DNA of 63,193 bases, filler included, from Folioceros fuciformis (GCA_049999805.1; 7 parts of 7 records of this genome joined end to end with filler, not necessarily neighbours in it), one strand, 5' to 3'. Shown: positions 49,700 through 62,499, counted from the first letter of the whole stretch. Program-made: numbers and translations. The notes: generated by a model from the letters alone, not told the origin.

Positions 49700-51830
49700 T
49701 GGAATCAAAGGTGATGTCGCATCTCAGTTTCAAGCTATTAATACGTGCAGGAGCTATTGCACAAAGACGAGTGCGTACTACAGTCCCCTGCAGTATGACC
49801 ATCAACCCCGGAAGTCTATGGCTGCATAGAATGGCGGGCGTGATCCGCTTGAGAGGAGCTCGAGGCGTTGGAGTCCCAAAGAAGCCAGAGGTTTTGCAAC
49901 TCGTTTCGGACCTCCTTCATTTGGGGACAATCTCGAGATCTCGGGGCCAAGCACCTCACAGCCAAAGCGGCGACACTGGATATCGATCTCTCCCCCCCCC
50001 ACCCACCGGTGAACTGTGCGTGTCCGCCAACACAGGGTTCTTGCCACTCCCCCCTCTCAATGGCAGACTTTGCCAGCGCCCACCAAGGTGGTCACGTCAT
50101 CGCCTCTCCCAAAATCATCTGCCTGACCAGGCACTTCATCCACGCTTCATCTACCTCCCGTATCTGTGCATCTGCTGTAATGTAACTGGCCGGATGCAGG
50201 ATGTCCACATGCAGATCAAACGTTGTTGATCGAATCCGTTTGGCATGAGCTTTTCTCCGAACTGCATTCAGATAGTCTTCATCTTGCGCAACTCTCTCCA
50301 TTCTTTTGGCGTCTGTCTCCACTGCCCGTGGCGGCTCCTCTTCTCAAGTAGGACCTTGGGCCTTCCGCCTCTGCTTACGCCGAGCAGCTGCTTCGCTTAC
50401 AAGACCTACCATCCGGTTCTTCCTCTTCTGCAGTGAAGAAGCTGCCATTGAAACATTTCTCGATGTTAGGCAAGATGTCAGCTTCAGTGGCTTCCCAAGA
50501 TACCAGTTTCTTCACACATGAGAACAGAAAGAACAGCGGGTGAGTTTTTGATAGCAACCTGTGTTTCTCTTCCGCATCTTGGACGGAGAGGTGGTTGCAA
50601 TCTTCCTCTTCTGTTGCATAGGGACCGTCTTGTGTTTCTTCCAGGGTGGGGTTATCTCTATTGGTGAATCTTCTTCACCGTCTTCCTCCTCTCCTAAGCC
50701 TTGAGCCGCATCCAGTGCTTCATTCAAGCTGTCTTCCTTGGAGGAATAATCTTCCATCTCTTTCTCCTCCTCACCGCTTAATTGTTCAAGGTCAGGGAGG
50801 TCGTCTTCCAAAAGCTCTGGCTGCATGCGCGCCATCTCCACCGGTCTCTCAACCCTCTTTGTTGGCCTTGATGAGATGGGGCCGAACTCTGCTTGGATGG
50901 ATACCCTTTGGCGCTCTCCTGCGATTCTCGAAGCTAGAGCTCGATTCTTCAGAACGCAATCAGCAACATAGTGCAAGACAGTCTGACAGAACTGTTCGCC
51001 TCCTCGCAAAAAACACGTAATGTAAATTTTTAGGGTTATGTAATGCTGGGTTTATAAACATAAACAGACATTACACTAAATAAATACTAACATCTTCCAC
51101 ATTCAAGCAATCTTTCAAAGCGGTTTTTAGCCACATCGGTTCACAACGCCGTGGCACAGCTCTCGCGACATTGACTACAATAAGGCTGTGGCTATCGTAG
51201 TCATCGGTGATATGGCTTGGTGGGTTTCGCGTGCATATGAAATTGACATGGGTTTCCTCTTCCACACCGTCAACAGATGCACACAGAATCCATCCAGGCC
51301 TCCCTGCCTCATCGTCCTGCAAGCCTTGGAAACCGTTAACCCACAAAGCCACCAGCGGCACCCAGGGCAAATTGCAGTCTTCTGGCTCCTCTTCTATGAC
51401 TAAAACCCACTCTTTGTCTGTGTTCAACCTTTTGGCAAGCGTGTCTTCAAGCTTTTTAAGCTTCAAACGCTCGACAAAGTTTTATGCATTTGGAATGTTG
51501 TGGTTTTGGCTACCCCCCGTGCTGCCACCCTGAGTCACATTCATAGGAACATGATTAATATGAACTTCGCTAGCTTTGCTGTTCGAGGCACGGACGCTCC
51601 CGGTTGAATTGTCTTTCCTCAGTATAACAGCTGGTGGCTGTGGTGTAACATCCCCTATTGTGATCGCTGGTCGCCGATGGCTATCTCTTTAGACGAATGG
51701 GCCAAAGGCAGCGCGAGCTGAAGCTTTCACACCGTGTCGTGGTTTCTTCAACCTTAGTGGTGCCTCTAATGCTTGCATGTCAATGGTCGCATTCAGTTAC
51801 TTGTTGCTCCGCCGGCCAGCTGTCATCTTC
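49700..51830 (-). pseudogene. Decayed unidentified coding region, probably TE-borne
   Basis: Chain of minus-strand ORF fragments (51071-51466, 50512-51009, 50092-50322) with an acidic tract and basic NLS-like segments. No domain recognised with confidence. Confidence 0.4.
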
Positions 51831-51862
51831 GAGTCCGCTAGAGAGCCTGTGAACAATGGAAC

Positions 51863-52045
51863 TGTAGGGTTATTAAAGCCCAATGTGCTTAGACTAATGT
51901 GTTTAGTCTAAGATTAGTGTCTAGTTAAGTACCATTAGCTTCCTACATATTAGCTTAAGCTAATCTAAACTAATGGTACTTAACTAGACATTAATCTTAG
52001 ACTAAACACATTAGTCTAAGCACATTGGGCTTTAATAACCCTACA
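51863..52045. repeat. 183-bp near-perfect inverted repeat with TGTAG...CTACA ends
   Basis: 76-bp arms with one mismatch and a 31-nt loop. Confidence 0.97.
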
Positions 52046-53289
52046 ACCTCCCACTTAAAGGCCAATTTACCTTCATAGGAGAGTGGTCTACTGTGAACCT
52101 CCAAAGTTTGGGGTAGTAGTTTGTTTTGGTTGAAAAAGGGTTAATAGTGGTATGGTTTAAACCCTTGCCCATTTTCTCCAATCCCGCTGCCATCTCCCCT
52201 CGCCACGGGCTGATCCAGCCCCTTCCCTTCCAATTTCTCCCTCCCATCCCCTCCTCCTCGCCTNNNNNNNNNNNNNNNNNNNNNNNNNNNNNNNNNNNNN
52301 NNNNNNNTTAATTAATTAANNNNNNNNNNNNNNNNNNNNNNNNNNNNNNNNNNNNNNNNNNNNACGCGATCATGCCCTGCTAACTCAGCTCAGCTTGCTT
52401 GACTGCGATCCATCTGTTTGACGGTCGTGAATGCTGTGGGTGGGTGTGGATGAGTTTGAAGTCACAGATCTGCTCTGCCTCCAAATGGTTCCAACCACGT
52501 CGTTTAAGAACCTCTGGATCCGCTGCTCGTTTGATTTGGTTGAGCCTGTGTGATGTGTTTGTTTGTGGCGTTCGCGCGTGCTCGTTTATGCAGCTCTGTC
52601 CTCTCTCGACAGGCCTTCCAACAAGTTACTTTGAGCACCAATCCTCTGGATTTCTAACAGTAGGCTCAAGGTCTGGTTGAGTCCTGGGATCCCACCGCCG
52701 CGAGGTCGGGGAGGATCGGGCGTCAATCGGTCGATATCTTGTACTTGGCAAGAATCGCGGAGCTTTAGCTATTGCTTCTCACCCTTGTGGATGTGTTTGT
52801 ACGCGTGCAGGTGTCTCTCTGGCCTGCCTCCAAGGGTTCGAACCAGAACAGCTCTGAGCTTGGAGGAGGCTTGGTACAGCTTTTGTGGTTGAGCCCTTTG
52901 GGGATGGGCCGGAAGGATGCCGGCATGATTTGTGACATGCGAAGTCTTGCTTGTTTTCCTTACTTGTTTGCATGTGTTTGGGGCAGTACGGTTGCATAGC
53001 GGCGTTCTCCTACCTCCCCAGGGCTTTCAATCACCAAAGCCCTGTGACTCTATACAAGCTGCTTTGGTTGAGCCACTGGAAGCAGGGCCAAGACTGGGGG
53101 AGCCAATTGGACTAGTTCCAGCTATGGCTTGTATTGTTCTCCTCTGTTTGTCAGTTGAGCTTCGCCGTTTGGAATGTTGATATGTGGCCTCTTCAGCTTT
53201 TGCTGCGACTGAATGCGCTGACCATATTCAAACTGGGTGCGGATTGAAGTTGAAGATAGTTGCAGAGATGGATATGCCTGATCGCCCCC

Positions 53290-53952
53290 AACTTTTGAGC
53301 TGTGCATGCTTGGCTACGCTTTGCAGCATCCTTCATGTTTCCCACGGGACTTTGCCGAGCCCACTTCCGCCGTGAGTCTGCTCTTCCTCCTCAACACCCC
53401 TGAGAACCTTGAGGCCTTCAACGTCTCATGTCTGTGGTGGAGGAAGAACCGGACTTACTCCGGGAAGGGTCATGGTACAATCCCCGTCGAGTTTAGGGTA
53501 TGTGATATGGATTGGACTGAACTGAGCTCCTTACTCTCGAGCTGTGCATGCTTGGCTGGCTTTGCTGGATCCATTTTCATACTTGCCTCGGGACTGTGCC
53601 CCGAGCCCACTTCCGCCGTGACTCCTGTTCCTGTTACTTGACACCCTTGAGAACCTTGAGGACTGGATCGTTCGTCTCCAAGGCTGTCCGGGGGGAAGGA
53701 ACAGGCCCCACTCCGGAGAGGATCACGGTACATTCCCGTGAGCTGTTGGACGTGGATCTGGAGTGCACTGAGCTTCCTACTCTTGTGCTTTGCATACATA
53801 GCTAGGCTTTGCGGCATCCATCGAGTCCATCCTTCTCACGGGACCGTGCCTCATCCCAGACCCATGAGGCCATGCACCAGACCTCATCCCAGACCNNNNN
53901 NNNNNATGAGGCCATGCACCAGACCTCATCCCAGACCCATGAGGCCATGCAC
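53290..53952. repeat. Degenerate repeats of about 240 bp and a short tandem (CCTCATCCCAGACCCATGAGGCCATGCACCAGA)
   Basis: GAGCTGTGCATGCTTGGCT...CCGAGCCCACTTCCGCCGTGA recurs near 53297 and 53540; tandem at 53849-53952. Confidence 0.7.
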
Positions 53953-54497
53953 TCTGGTGGCTAGTAGCGCATGGTAGTGAAGGGATGTCCCAAGAGATTC
54001 ATATAATGGAAGCTCGTGGATCCAGGAGAAGACGGATCCCAATAATGGAGGGGGGCCTATAGCTCAACCTATTGACTCTGCCTCAAGCAGTCATAGCCAC
54101 TCCCTTTTGGAGAGGGGTCTAAGAATCTTCTACGGCGGTGCTGACAATCTCAATTTTCAGCGGCACGCTACCTTGGCAATTATTGGTAGGTCTTATCCTC
54201 TTGGTAGGTGTGCATAGTTGAAGTTGGTGGTGCCTAGTGTGAGAGAAGGGTAGCCCACCACCTACATGGACGAGAGGGTTCATGTATCGATCTCTCCTAT
54301 AAGGAGGGGCTACACAAAGAAATGAACCACCACATTTTGCACTCTTATCATTGGCAAGTCCTCATGCTTAGTAGAGCTTAGGAATCTTGTTGCCAGTTGT
54401 GTGCCATCACAGTTGGTTGTGGCTAAGGGAGGAGTTCCCTGAGTTGAAGGACAAGCGAGCCCCTCCCTAAATCCTTAGGAGTGCACCGGTAGGTGGT

Positions 54498-54692
54498 TGT
54501 TAAGATAAAAGCCCATTTATCTATAGTTAATAAGTACACGCTGTTAATTTAGATTTAAGTTAATGAAGGGTCGCGAGTAAATAATACTCTGATAGTACTC
54601 TGACTATATATGTTGTATGTTTGTTCTTAATATTTTTATGTTCTGCAAACTTGCACACAGCTTCCTCAAGCCTTTTTACATGGTATCAGAGC
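54498..54692 (+). mobile_element. 5' LTR (54498-54680) and tRNA-iMet PBS of Copia element I
   Basis: TGTTAA...TTTACA followed by TGGTATCAGAGC. Confidence 0.85.
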
Positions 54693-54998
54693 TATGTTGT
54701 TAGTTTCCTGTTGATATGGTCTCTAATGTTCTGTGATCTTTTCTCTGAGTGAAAGTGGCGAGACCTATAACTGGGCTAAGGCCCCAGCAGTCATCATTCT
54801 TTGATGGCCTCTGGATTCTCAGCCCAGCACAGATCCCGCTATCTACACTGCAAGATAAGATATGGACCAAAATTCAACTAGGAAACAACACTAATTTTTC
54901 TGGGCAAAATTGGCTGGTTTACAATCAAACCCCTAAAGATGCCGAGGCGAAATCCAGGCTGGCGATGTCGTTTGAAGAATTAGGCTTCTAACATCGCA

Positions 54999-55367
54999 GT
55001 GAATTACAATCTGCCGACTAGGGAACACACTGCGGTTGGCCAATTTCCTGCATCAATTCGAAGCCGTAATCTCAACAGCAATCACCAGCGTGGTTCTTTT
55101 CCATCATCGAGGAGTTTTGATTTTACCAAATCAGCCAGGCCTCGTGAACTCCATCTTCCAGAATTGTGTGCGCTCTCTGGTCTGCCTGCAGGTTGTTCGG
55201 GGAATGTTTGTCCTGCTTGTGAGCTGCAGGTATCATACTGGCTTGTTCAGCAAAATCAAGGTATTGAGCGTATGAGTGATCAGGTACATACCCTTGCTGA
55301 AGACGTTCAAAAATTGAGCCAATATTTGAAGGAAACCCTAGTTTTGGATCGCGCACCGCGGAGCTAG
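54999..55367 (+). CDS. Extra heptad-repeat ORF in the leader of Copia I
   Basis: IERMSDQVHTLAEDVQKLSQYL has 3/4 hydrophobic spacing and is preceded by a Cys cluster. The 5' end is uncertain. Confidence 0.45.
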   Translation: MNYNLPTREHTAVGQFPASIRSRNLNSNHQRGSFPSSRSFDFTKSARPRELHLPELCALSGLPAGCSGNVCPACELQVSYWLVQQNQGIERMSDQVHTLAEDVQKLSQYLKETLVLDRAPRS

Positions 55368-55751
55368 TGTCTGCGATCCACAATCTTCTGACATCCTGTG
55401 GAAGAATCTCGCGGTGGCAGCGGCTCGGCCAAGTTTCTTGCAGATTTTTTTGTGCAACAATTGGGAGCTGCGAATCGTCGTGTGTTGCGTGCCGCCGAGG
55501 CGCTTCACCTTGCCACCTAATCACAAACAGCTGACAGGTGTTTCAGATGTTGCTGGTGGTGCATCTCGTCAAGTCTCTCTCGAATCGGTGTCGCGGCCGT
55601 TCGCAACTCAAAGGAGTGAACAGACAGACTTTTTTTTCAGGAGCGGTTACTGACCTCGTTTCGAAAGCCGGCAGACTCCTTTCATGAACAGTGGTCTTTG
55701 CGAGAACTGCTAATCTCCCTCTTCCTCTAGGAGCCCTGCCCGCCTTTCTCA

Positions 55752-56846
55752 ATGAGCTCTTCAACCCCTCCTTCACCACCGCAACCTCCCAACACACCTG
55801 GGGCTCAACGCCAGTGCACACCTCCATAGGGGCCACCTGCACTTCCACCGTTACCTTCCATGCAGCCTACTTATTCCGCTGATTTTAAAGAAAAAGATCG
55901 CTTCAATGGATCAAAGTATGAAGTGTGGAGTGTTCGGATGCGCTCCGCCTTGGAGGCTCGCAACGTCTGGGGTGTGGTTTCTGGAGCTACAGCCCAACCA
56001 GGCTTAATGGCAACTGATGCAGAAAAGGAAAAGTGGGCGAACGCCAACAACGTTGCCCGTGCTTTCCTGATCAGTGGTCTAGATGAAGTCCTGGTTCCAG
56101 ACGTTGCTTACTTTACTAAGGCATCTGAAATCTGGGTTCAGCTCTCACAAACATATGAGGTTAAAAATATTCTGACCTTGTGTGTTGTTCGTGGAGAGCT
56201 GTTTTCTCTGAGAACGAAGGAAGGTGAGAAGGCTGCAACGTTTGTTGGCAAGTTTCGTCATCTTCGTTCTCAGCTGATTTCACTTGGCTCCACCATGAGT
56301 GAACTTGACGCTGTTGCCCAGCTCTTGACAAGTTTGCCTACAAGTTATCAGCCTTTCGTCTCTAGTTATGGAGCTTCCCTCCGTGACGTAGGAGTGGCTA
56401 TAGCTGCAGGGCAACCGAGCACAATTAGTTTTATAGATGTAGTTGGAGCTCTCTTTCAAGAAGAGCAAAGTAGGGCTAATCACCATGGCTCAGGACGCAC
56501 AAAAACAGATAAAGTTCTGTATGCATCAAAAGGAAAGCAACCACAGCATAAAAACTTCCCTGGTCCTAGATCCTCCAAATCAGGACAGGCCAAGCGATCT
56601 GGCTCTTGCAACTGGTGTGGTGCACAAGGGCATTGGGAAAGGGAGTGCAGAAAAAAGAGATCTGGTGAACCACGGAAAGCCGAGAAGTCTTCCAAGCCGG
56701 CTGAGGTGCATTCCATCACCAAGGAAAGGCCTTCTCAAGCCAGTCTTTCTAGTAAGCACCCTATGGTTATGACTGTTTGTCTTTCCACCTCCTCAACTAC
56801 CTCAGACTGCTGGTACCTCGATTCGGGAGCTACCTCACACATATGC
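55752..56846 (+). CDS. Copia gag and start of protease (element I, same lineage as E and B), truncated
   Basis: DFKEKDRFNG, CNWCGAQGHWEREC, WYLDSGATSH. Open from 55860; an upstream in-frame ATG at 55752 is cut off by one TAG. Confidence 0.93.
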
Positions 56847-56946
56847 NNNNNNNNNNNNNNNNNNNNNNNNNNNNNNNNNNNNNNNNNNNNTTAATTAATT
56901 AANNNNNNNNNNNNNNNNNNNNNNNNNNNNNNNNNNNNNNNNNNNN

Positions 56947-58892
56947 AATTGTGGCTTGCCGGGACACTATGCTAACGAGTGCACAGAGCCACGTAGGCAA
57001 CTTGGATTTGTGCCGTTTTGTCAGGTGTGTAAGGATCTAGGGCACAGGGCTGGGGATCCAAGGTGTTCGGGCATCCCTAGGCCTGCGCTACCTAGATCTG
57101 GAGTGAGAATCACGGAGGCACTGCAAGAGGGACTTCCTCCTGCGGTGGAGACAACAGCTCCAATGACAAGCGCGCCTGTGTTGTCGGTGGAGGCTGAGGA
57201 GGAGCCTTTGATTGACTCTCAAGCATTTTCTGGCATTGTGGAGAAGGGATATTCAGGCGAAGCTAGCGATGGTGAAGAAGTCATGGTGGCAAGGTTCACC
57301 ACTCATTTTGAACGTCATTATCGGGAGAGGACGAAGAAGGAAGAGAAGAGAAGGAGGAGAGAACGTGACAACACTCCTAAACCACCAGAGGCAAGGGAGG
57401 AACCACTCGTCCAGCAAGGGAAGAATGATGTGTCGACTGGACAAGAGGTTGATCCACCTCATCGAGAGGAAGGTGAACTAGATGAAGGAGAGGTTGAAGA
57501 ATCAGCATTCCCACCCGACATCAGCAAGGAGGTTGCTGCAATGCTGGAGGAAGAGCTGACTAGGCTGATGCACCGGTCTAAGAAGGTCACTTTTGCAGAC
57601 CCTCTTGTGACAGGGGTGGTGGAGAGTGCAAGTCCCTTGGAGAAGGAACAGGAAGGAGAGAAGGTTGATCGAAGCGAGGAGGATGGAGGGATCAATCCTC
57701 CTAAGACAACAACAGCAAGGGAGGCTTTGGCCATGAAGGTTGCTGGATTTGCTGACGCCTTGCTTGACCAGGAGTTTGTGGTGAGCTTGAGACAGCTCTT
57801 GTCTGTTAGTCCCAAGGCCAGAAGTTCGTCAAGGAAGCCATCCGAGGGATACCGAAGCCACTCGAAGGGAAGACAGTCCCGACTTGGATGAGTTCAGAGT
57901 TGGCTGATTGTGGAGCTCCTGAAATAGAGGTGGAGATTGCAGGTTGTCTGGTACCGGATGTACCGTTGGATACGAGGTCTGGTGTCAATCTCATGACGGA
58001 GGACACAGCCCATCGTTTGGGATTCACGGAGTTTGACCCTATCCGCGTGTGCCTTCGGATGGCAGACCAGACCAAGAGGAAGCCTCTAGGAGTGTTGAAG
58101 GATGTGCCCACGGTGATAGGAGGGATCATGTTCAAGCTAACCTACATTGTCATGAGGCCAGTGTCTGACCTAGGGTACAAGGTGCTCCTTGGGAGACCGT
58201 GGTTGTACGGGACAGCTTGTGTGTTTGATTTTGGCAGGAAAGGTGTGACCTTTAGGTCTAAACCTACAGGACTTGCTGAAGTTTTGTTTGTCTCGTGGAG
58301 CAAAGCTCCCTATGGGGGAGAAACAGCAGGACCATCCCCCGGGTACACATCTGGTAGTGCTGGAGGTAGCACTTCCAGCACTACAGGAGCCTACAAGGGA
58401 GTAGGGCATACTGTCAGGATGGTGGATTTGGGTCAAGAGGTGACTTGTTTCCATACTGAAGTGGTGGAGAATGAAGATCCACAGGAGGACGAAGAGCAAA
58501 GGGAAGGAGCTGCCTTTTGGAAGGGGAAAGCCTATGACTATGATTTCCCAGAAGAAGGATCAGGAACAATTATAGGGAGTAGTCCCGAAGGAGTTTACGT
58601 GGATCCCAACGCTGTCGAGGACATGGAGTTGACCCCAGGGAAGAAGGTCAAGGTGTCCAAGTACCTCACACCCAAGGAGAAGGTAGGTTTGAAGGCACTG
58701 TTGACTGAATATTTGGATGTGTTTGCCTTCAAGGTGATGGACATGACAGGTGTTCCGGAGGAGCTGGGTGTTCATAGGATAGATCTCAAGGAGGGAAGCA
58801 CACCGGTTCGGGTGAAGCAATACCGATTGAACCCAAAGTACTCCATGGTTGTGAAGGAGCAGTTGGATCAGTACTTGGAGGCTGGAGTCATC
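56947..58892 (+). pseudogene. Ty3/Gypsy gag C-terminus, protease and RT start
   Basis: NCGLPGHYANEC knuckle, protease-like LDTRSGVNLM...LLGRPWL, RT start PVRVKQYRLNP...LEAGVI. Confidence 0.85.
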
Positions 58893-60702
58893 AATTCCTG
58901 ATGCTACACCAATTGAGAGACTGTATGGCTATAAGCCGGATATTAGGCACTTGGAAGTGTTTGGGTGCATGGCATATGTGCATGTACATGATGAGAAGCG
59001 TAGGAAGCTGGATCCTAAAGCAGTGAAGAGTGTTTTTGTGGGGTATGCACGAAATAGGAAGGCATATAAGTGTTATGTGCCATCCACACATGAGATCCTG
59101 ATAAGCAAGGATGTGGTATTTGATGAGTTAGCCTCCTGGTATAGCAACTCAGTTGCACTACCCTATGACGAACCCATAGGGGAGGGTAGTGTTAAGAGTA
59201 CTCCAGCAAAGAGTGAGGATGTGACCAATGGTGGATCACCAACGGTGAATCCATGGTCTGGAAGACTGCGGAATGGTAAACCTAAGACCACTGACCCAGA
59301 CATGTCAGTGAGGGGGAGAGTAGAAAGCAGCAAAACTGGAAATGAGGGATATGAATCCTCAACTAGTGAGAGCATTGACAGTGAGTTTGGCATTCCGTCT
59401 GTGGAAATGCCAGGTGCTAAGGAGCAACAATATGCAAGGCAGGTTCAAAATGAACCAAGACCAAGGAGATCTGAGAGGGTTAGGAAACCCATTGACAGGT
59501 ATACCTATACAAGCTACAATGCGCAACATTATGCGTATATGACAAGGGTCACAGCTTGTAAAGAGCCAACCAAGTTTGCTGAGGCAGTGACAGACGATAA
59601 GTGGTGTCAAGCCATGGATGAAGAATACTCAGCATTAGTTGAGAATGGAACGTGGGATTTGGTTCAATTGCCTGATGGCAAGGTTCCTATTGGTTCTAAG
59701 TGGGTGTACAAGCTGAAGTTCAAGTCAAATGGAACGCTGGAGCGTTACAAGGCCAGGTTGGTTGCAAAGGGATATGCACAACAGTATGGTCTTGATTATG
59801 AGGAAACCTTTAGTCCAGTAGCCAAGATGACAACTATAAGGACAGTCATAGCATTAGTAGCAGCTAAAGGATGGAAGTTATGGCAAATGGATGTCAAGAA
59901 TGCCTTCTTGAATGGTGAGTTGCAGGAGGAAGTGTACGTGGAACAGCCTAAAGGCTATGTTCATCCTAAGTTTCCAACATACATCTACAAACGGAAGAAG
60001 GCATTGTATGGACTCAAACAGGCACCTAGAGCATGGAATGCTCATATCACAAGCTATTTGAAGGAGTGAGGGTTTGTGATTGGAGACGCAGATCAAAGTC
60101 TGTTTGTAAAACAGACCAAGGTAGGACAAGTGTGTCTTGTCGATTATGTTGACGACCTAATCATCACAGGAGATGATGCAGATGGTATTCCACATGTCAA
60201 GGCGAATCTGCAAAAAGAGTTTAAGGTGAAGGATCTTGGTGAACTCAGATACTTCTTAGGAATTGAGGTTGTGTCTACACCTCAAGGAATTTGGCTATTC
60301 CAAAAACAATATGCTAAGGATATGTTGCAGAAGTATGGCATGGCAGATTGCAAAGCAATGGATACACCATTGGAGCAGAACGTTAAGCTGCAAATGGATG
60401 TAGGAGCTGAGCTGGAAATGTGACTATGTATCGATAGATGGTCGGAAGTTTGATCTACTTGACTATCACACGTCCTGACTTAAGTTATGCAGTGGGACTG
60501 ATAAGTCAATTCATGCAGAACCCAAGGAAACTGCACTTGGATGCAGTTAGAAGAATCATGAAATATGTGAAAGAAACTACTGAGTTTGGATTGCTCTATG
60601 AGCATAGGAAGCATCTTGAACTGACAGGATATACAGATGCTGATTGGGCTGGATTTGGGTTTAGGGTACACTTATACAAGGGTTACACCTATTGGGCTGG
60701 AT
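58893..60702 (+). pseudogene. Copia pol fragment (integrase C-terminus, RT, RNase H start)
   Basis: VFGCMAYVHV, RYKARLVAKGY, QMDVKNAFLNG, YVDDL, GYTDADWAG. Confidence 0.95.
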
Positions 60703-60840
60703 CTTCGTTTTCACCTGCCATTATCTCAATGTTGTTGGATNNNNNNNNNNNNNNNNNNNNNNNNNNNNNNNNNNNNNNNNNNNNNNNNNNNNNNNNNNNN
60801 NNNNNNNNNNNNNNNNNNNNNNNNNNNNNNNNNNNNNNNN

Positions 60841-61025
60841 CAGACATTGAGGGTGGAGACGATGGCTTTGGAAGACATCGAAAGCTGAGGCTGGAGCAGC
60901 AATTTGAACCAAGCCTCTTAGCTGAGCGATATATGACAGAGAAGGATGATGTCATTCGGGAGACAGATGTACCAGAAAGAATCCAACTTTTGGAGGAGAT
61001 TGTGGGGCCGCTCCCAGAGGCCAGT
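60841..61025 (+). pseudogene. SPT6: Fragment of transcription elongation factor SPT6
   Basis: RLEQQFEPSLLAERYMTEKDDVIRETDVPERIQL matches the conserved SPT6 segment (FEP..L...YMT..D..IR..D.PERMQ). Confidence 0.8.
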
Positions 61026-61027
61026 GG

Positions 61028-61889
61028 GGGATTATCTTGCATTGGGAACCATGATAGGGCTAGTTGTGCATGGAGCTCGTGCTTGCTTTGAGTGTTCAGA
61101 TTGTATTGATTGCACGTGGGCACCTACATTGCGTGAACAAGTGTATCCAAGAGCTAGGCGTTTCCTCCCCCTTGAGCACCCCAACCGGCCTCTGCGAAAG
61201 GAATGACATAATAATGTTGTGGAGGCAAGAGCCGCCATCTTCTACAGCTATCATGGAGGATCGATGTGAATTAGCAACACCCAAGGAGTTGCGGGAGAAT
61301 AGACGTTTTGGAAGTCGTAGGAAGTCATCTTGGTTTGACTTTTTTGCCCTACTGGGTGCATATGCTGAAGTAAGCCCCAAAGGATGTAATGCACTTGGAA
61401 AGAAACAACGCTGAGGCCATATGGCACACATTGACTGGAGAGCAAGACGACTTTGCAACTCGGATGGACATGGAAATGCATGGTGGGAAGGCATGGTTCT
61501 GGCTAGACCACACAAAAGAATGATTTCCGGCAGCGTCGTACGTCTTAACCCGTCCAGACTTCGACCTTGTGGTTCAAGAGATGTGGAAATATAGCTTCCT
61601 ATTAGCTATGCTTCAAACATAGCATTGAAGTTGGCGAAGGGGAAGGTTGGGTCATTAAAAAGCCATGATTGGCATGTATTGATGCAGGTATACTTCCCCA
61701 TTGACCTTCGAGACCGCATTCATCCAGAGGTGTATAAGGCAATTGCAGGCTTAAGTCGCCTTTACACATGGGTTTGCCAACGAGAGTTTCCCATTGCTGG
61801 AATACATGCAATGTGTGAGGAATGTGTTCGTGTCATGTATGTGATAGAGGAACGATTTCCACCTAAACTCTTGGACATATCACAAACAT
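61028..61889 (+). pseudogene. CACTA/En-Spm transposase remnant
   Basis: GDYLALG...HGARAC..C...RRFLPLEHP, LPYW...DVMHLERN, LKSHDWHVLMQ, EERFPPKLLDI, in the expected order with frameshifts. Confidence 0.88.
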
Positions 61890-62499
61890 GAGGAGGAGAT
61901 GTAGGGTAAGCTACGGACCTCGCAAATGGCAGAAAAGGCTGCCCACCAAGAGGTCCGATCTTTGAAACCTGAACTTTCCTAGACTTGCAAGGCTATGCAA
62001 AGTCATGGGCAGGTTTGGGAGCAAGAGAGGAAGCAACTCGTAGATCGAGTAAACAGCTTCCGGACCAAGGCCAAAGAACTGCAGGTGCAATTGGCTGACT
62101 TCAAGACCCAAGAGGACCAACAAGAGGTCACCTTGCTCTAAGCTCAGACGGAAGCTGTGTCCACCCTACTTCTGTGGGAATCAGCAACAGTCACCTCCGC
62201 TACCCTAGAGAGCTCCCCGACACATCAACACCATCGCTGCCCAACATGTTGGGCTTCCAGAGGCAAGATGGGGATCGGAGTACGGAACCCTTCATAGAAT
62301 GGTGGTCGATGCCATCCAACAATTGGATGACAACCATGCTTTCTTCCATGGAGAGGTACTTCGGGTCTTGATTGAAACAGCGGAGATGGTAATAGAGGGG
62401 CCAACACCCACGGGTGAACGGATAGCACCTTGTAGCCCCAACCATCCCGCCGCCAGGCCTTCCTCACCAGACCTCCAACTACTAGTTCGGTTGCCCTAG
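61890..62499 (+). pseudogene. Second copy of the unknown coiled-coil protein (homolog of 1601-2296)
   Basis: WEQERKQL...AAQHVGLPEA...EYGTLHRMVVDAIQQLDDNHAFFHGEVLRVLIE; three stops and one net frameshift near 62210. Confidence 0.75.

Noticed and set aside
60438-61091. Copia RNase H-SPT6 fusion ORF
   Set aside because: The frame is read through a 100-N gap of unknown true length.
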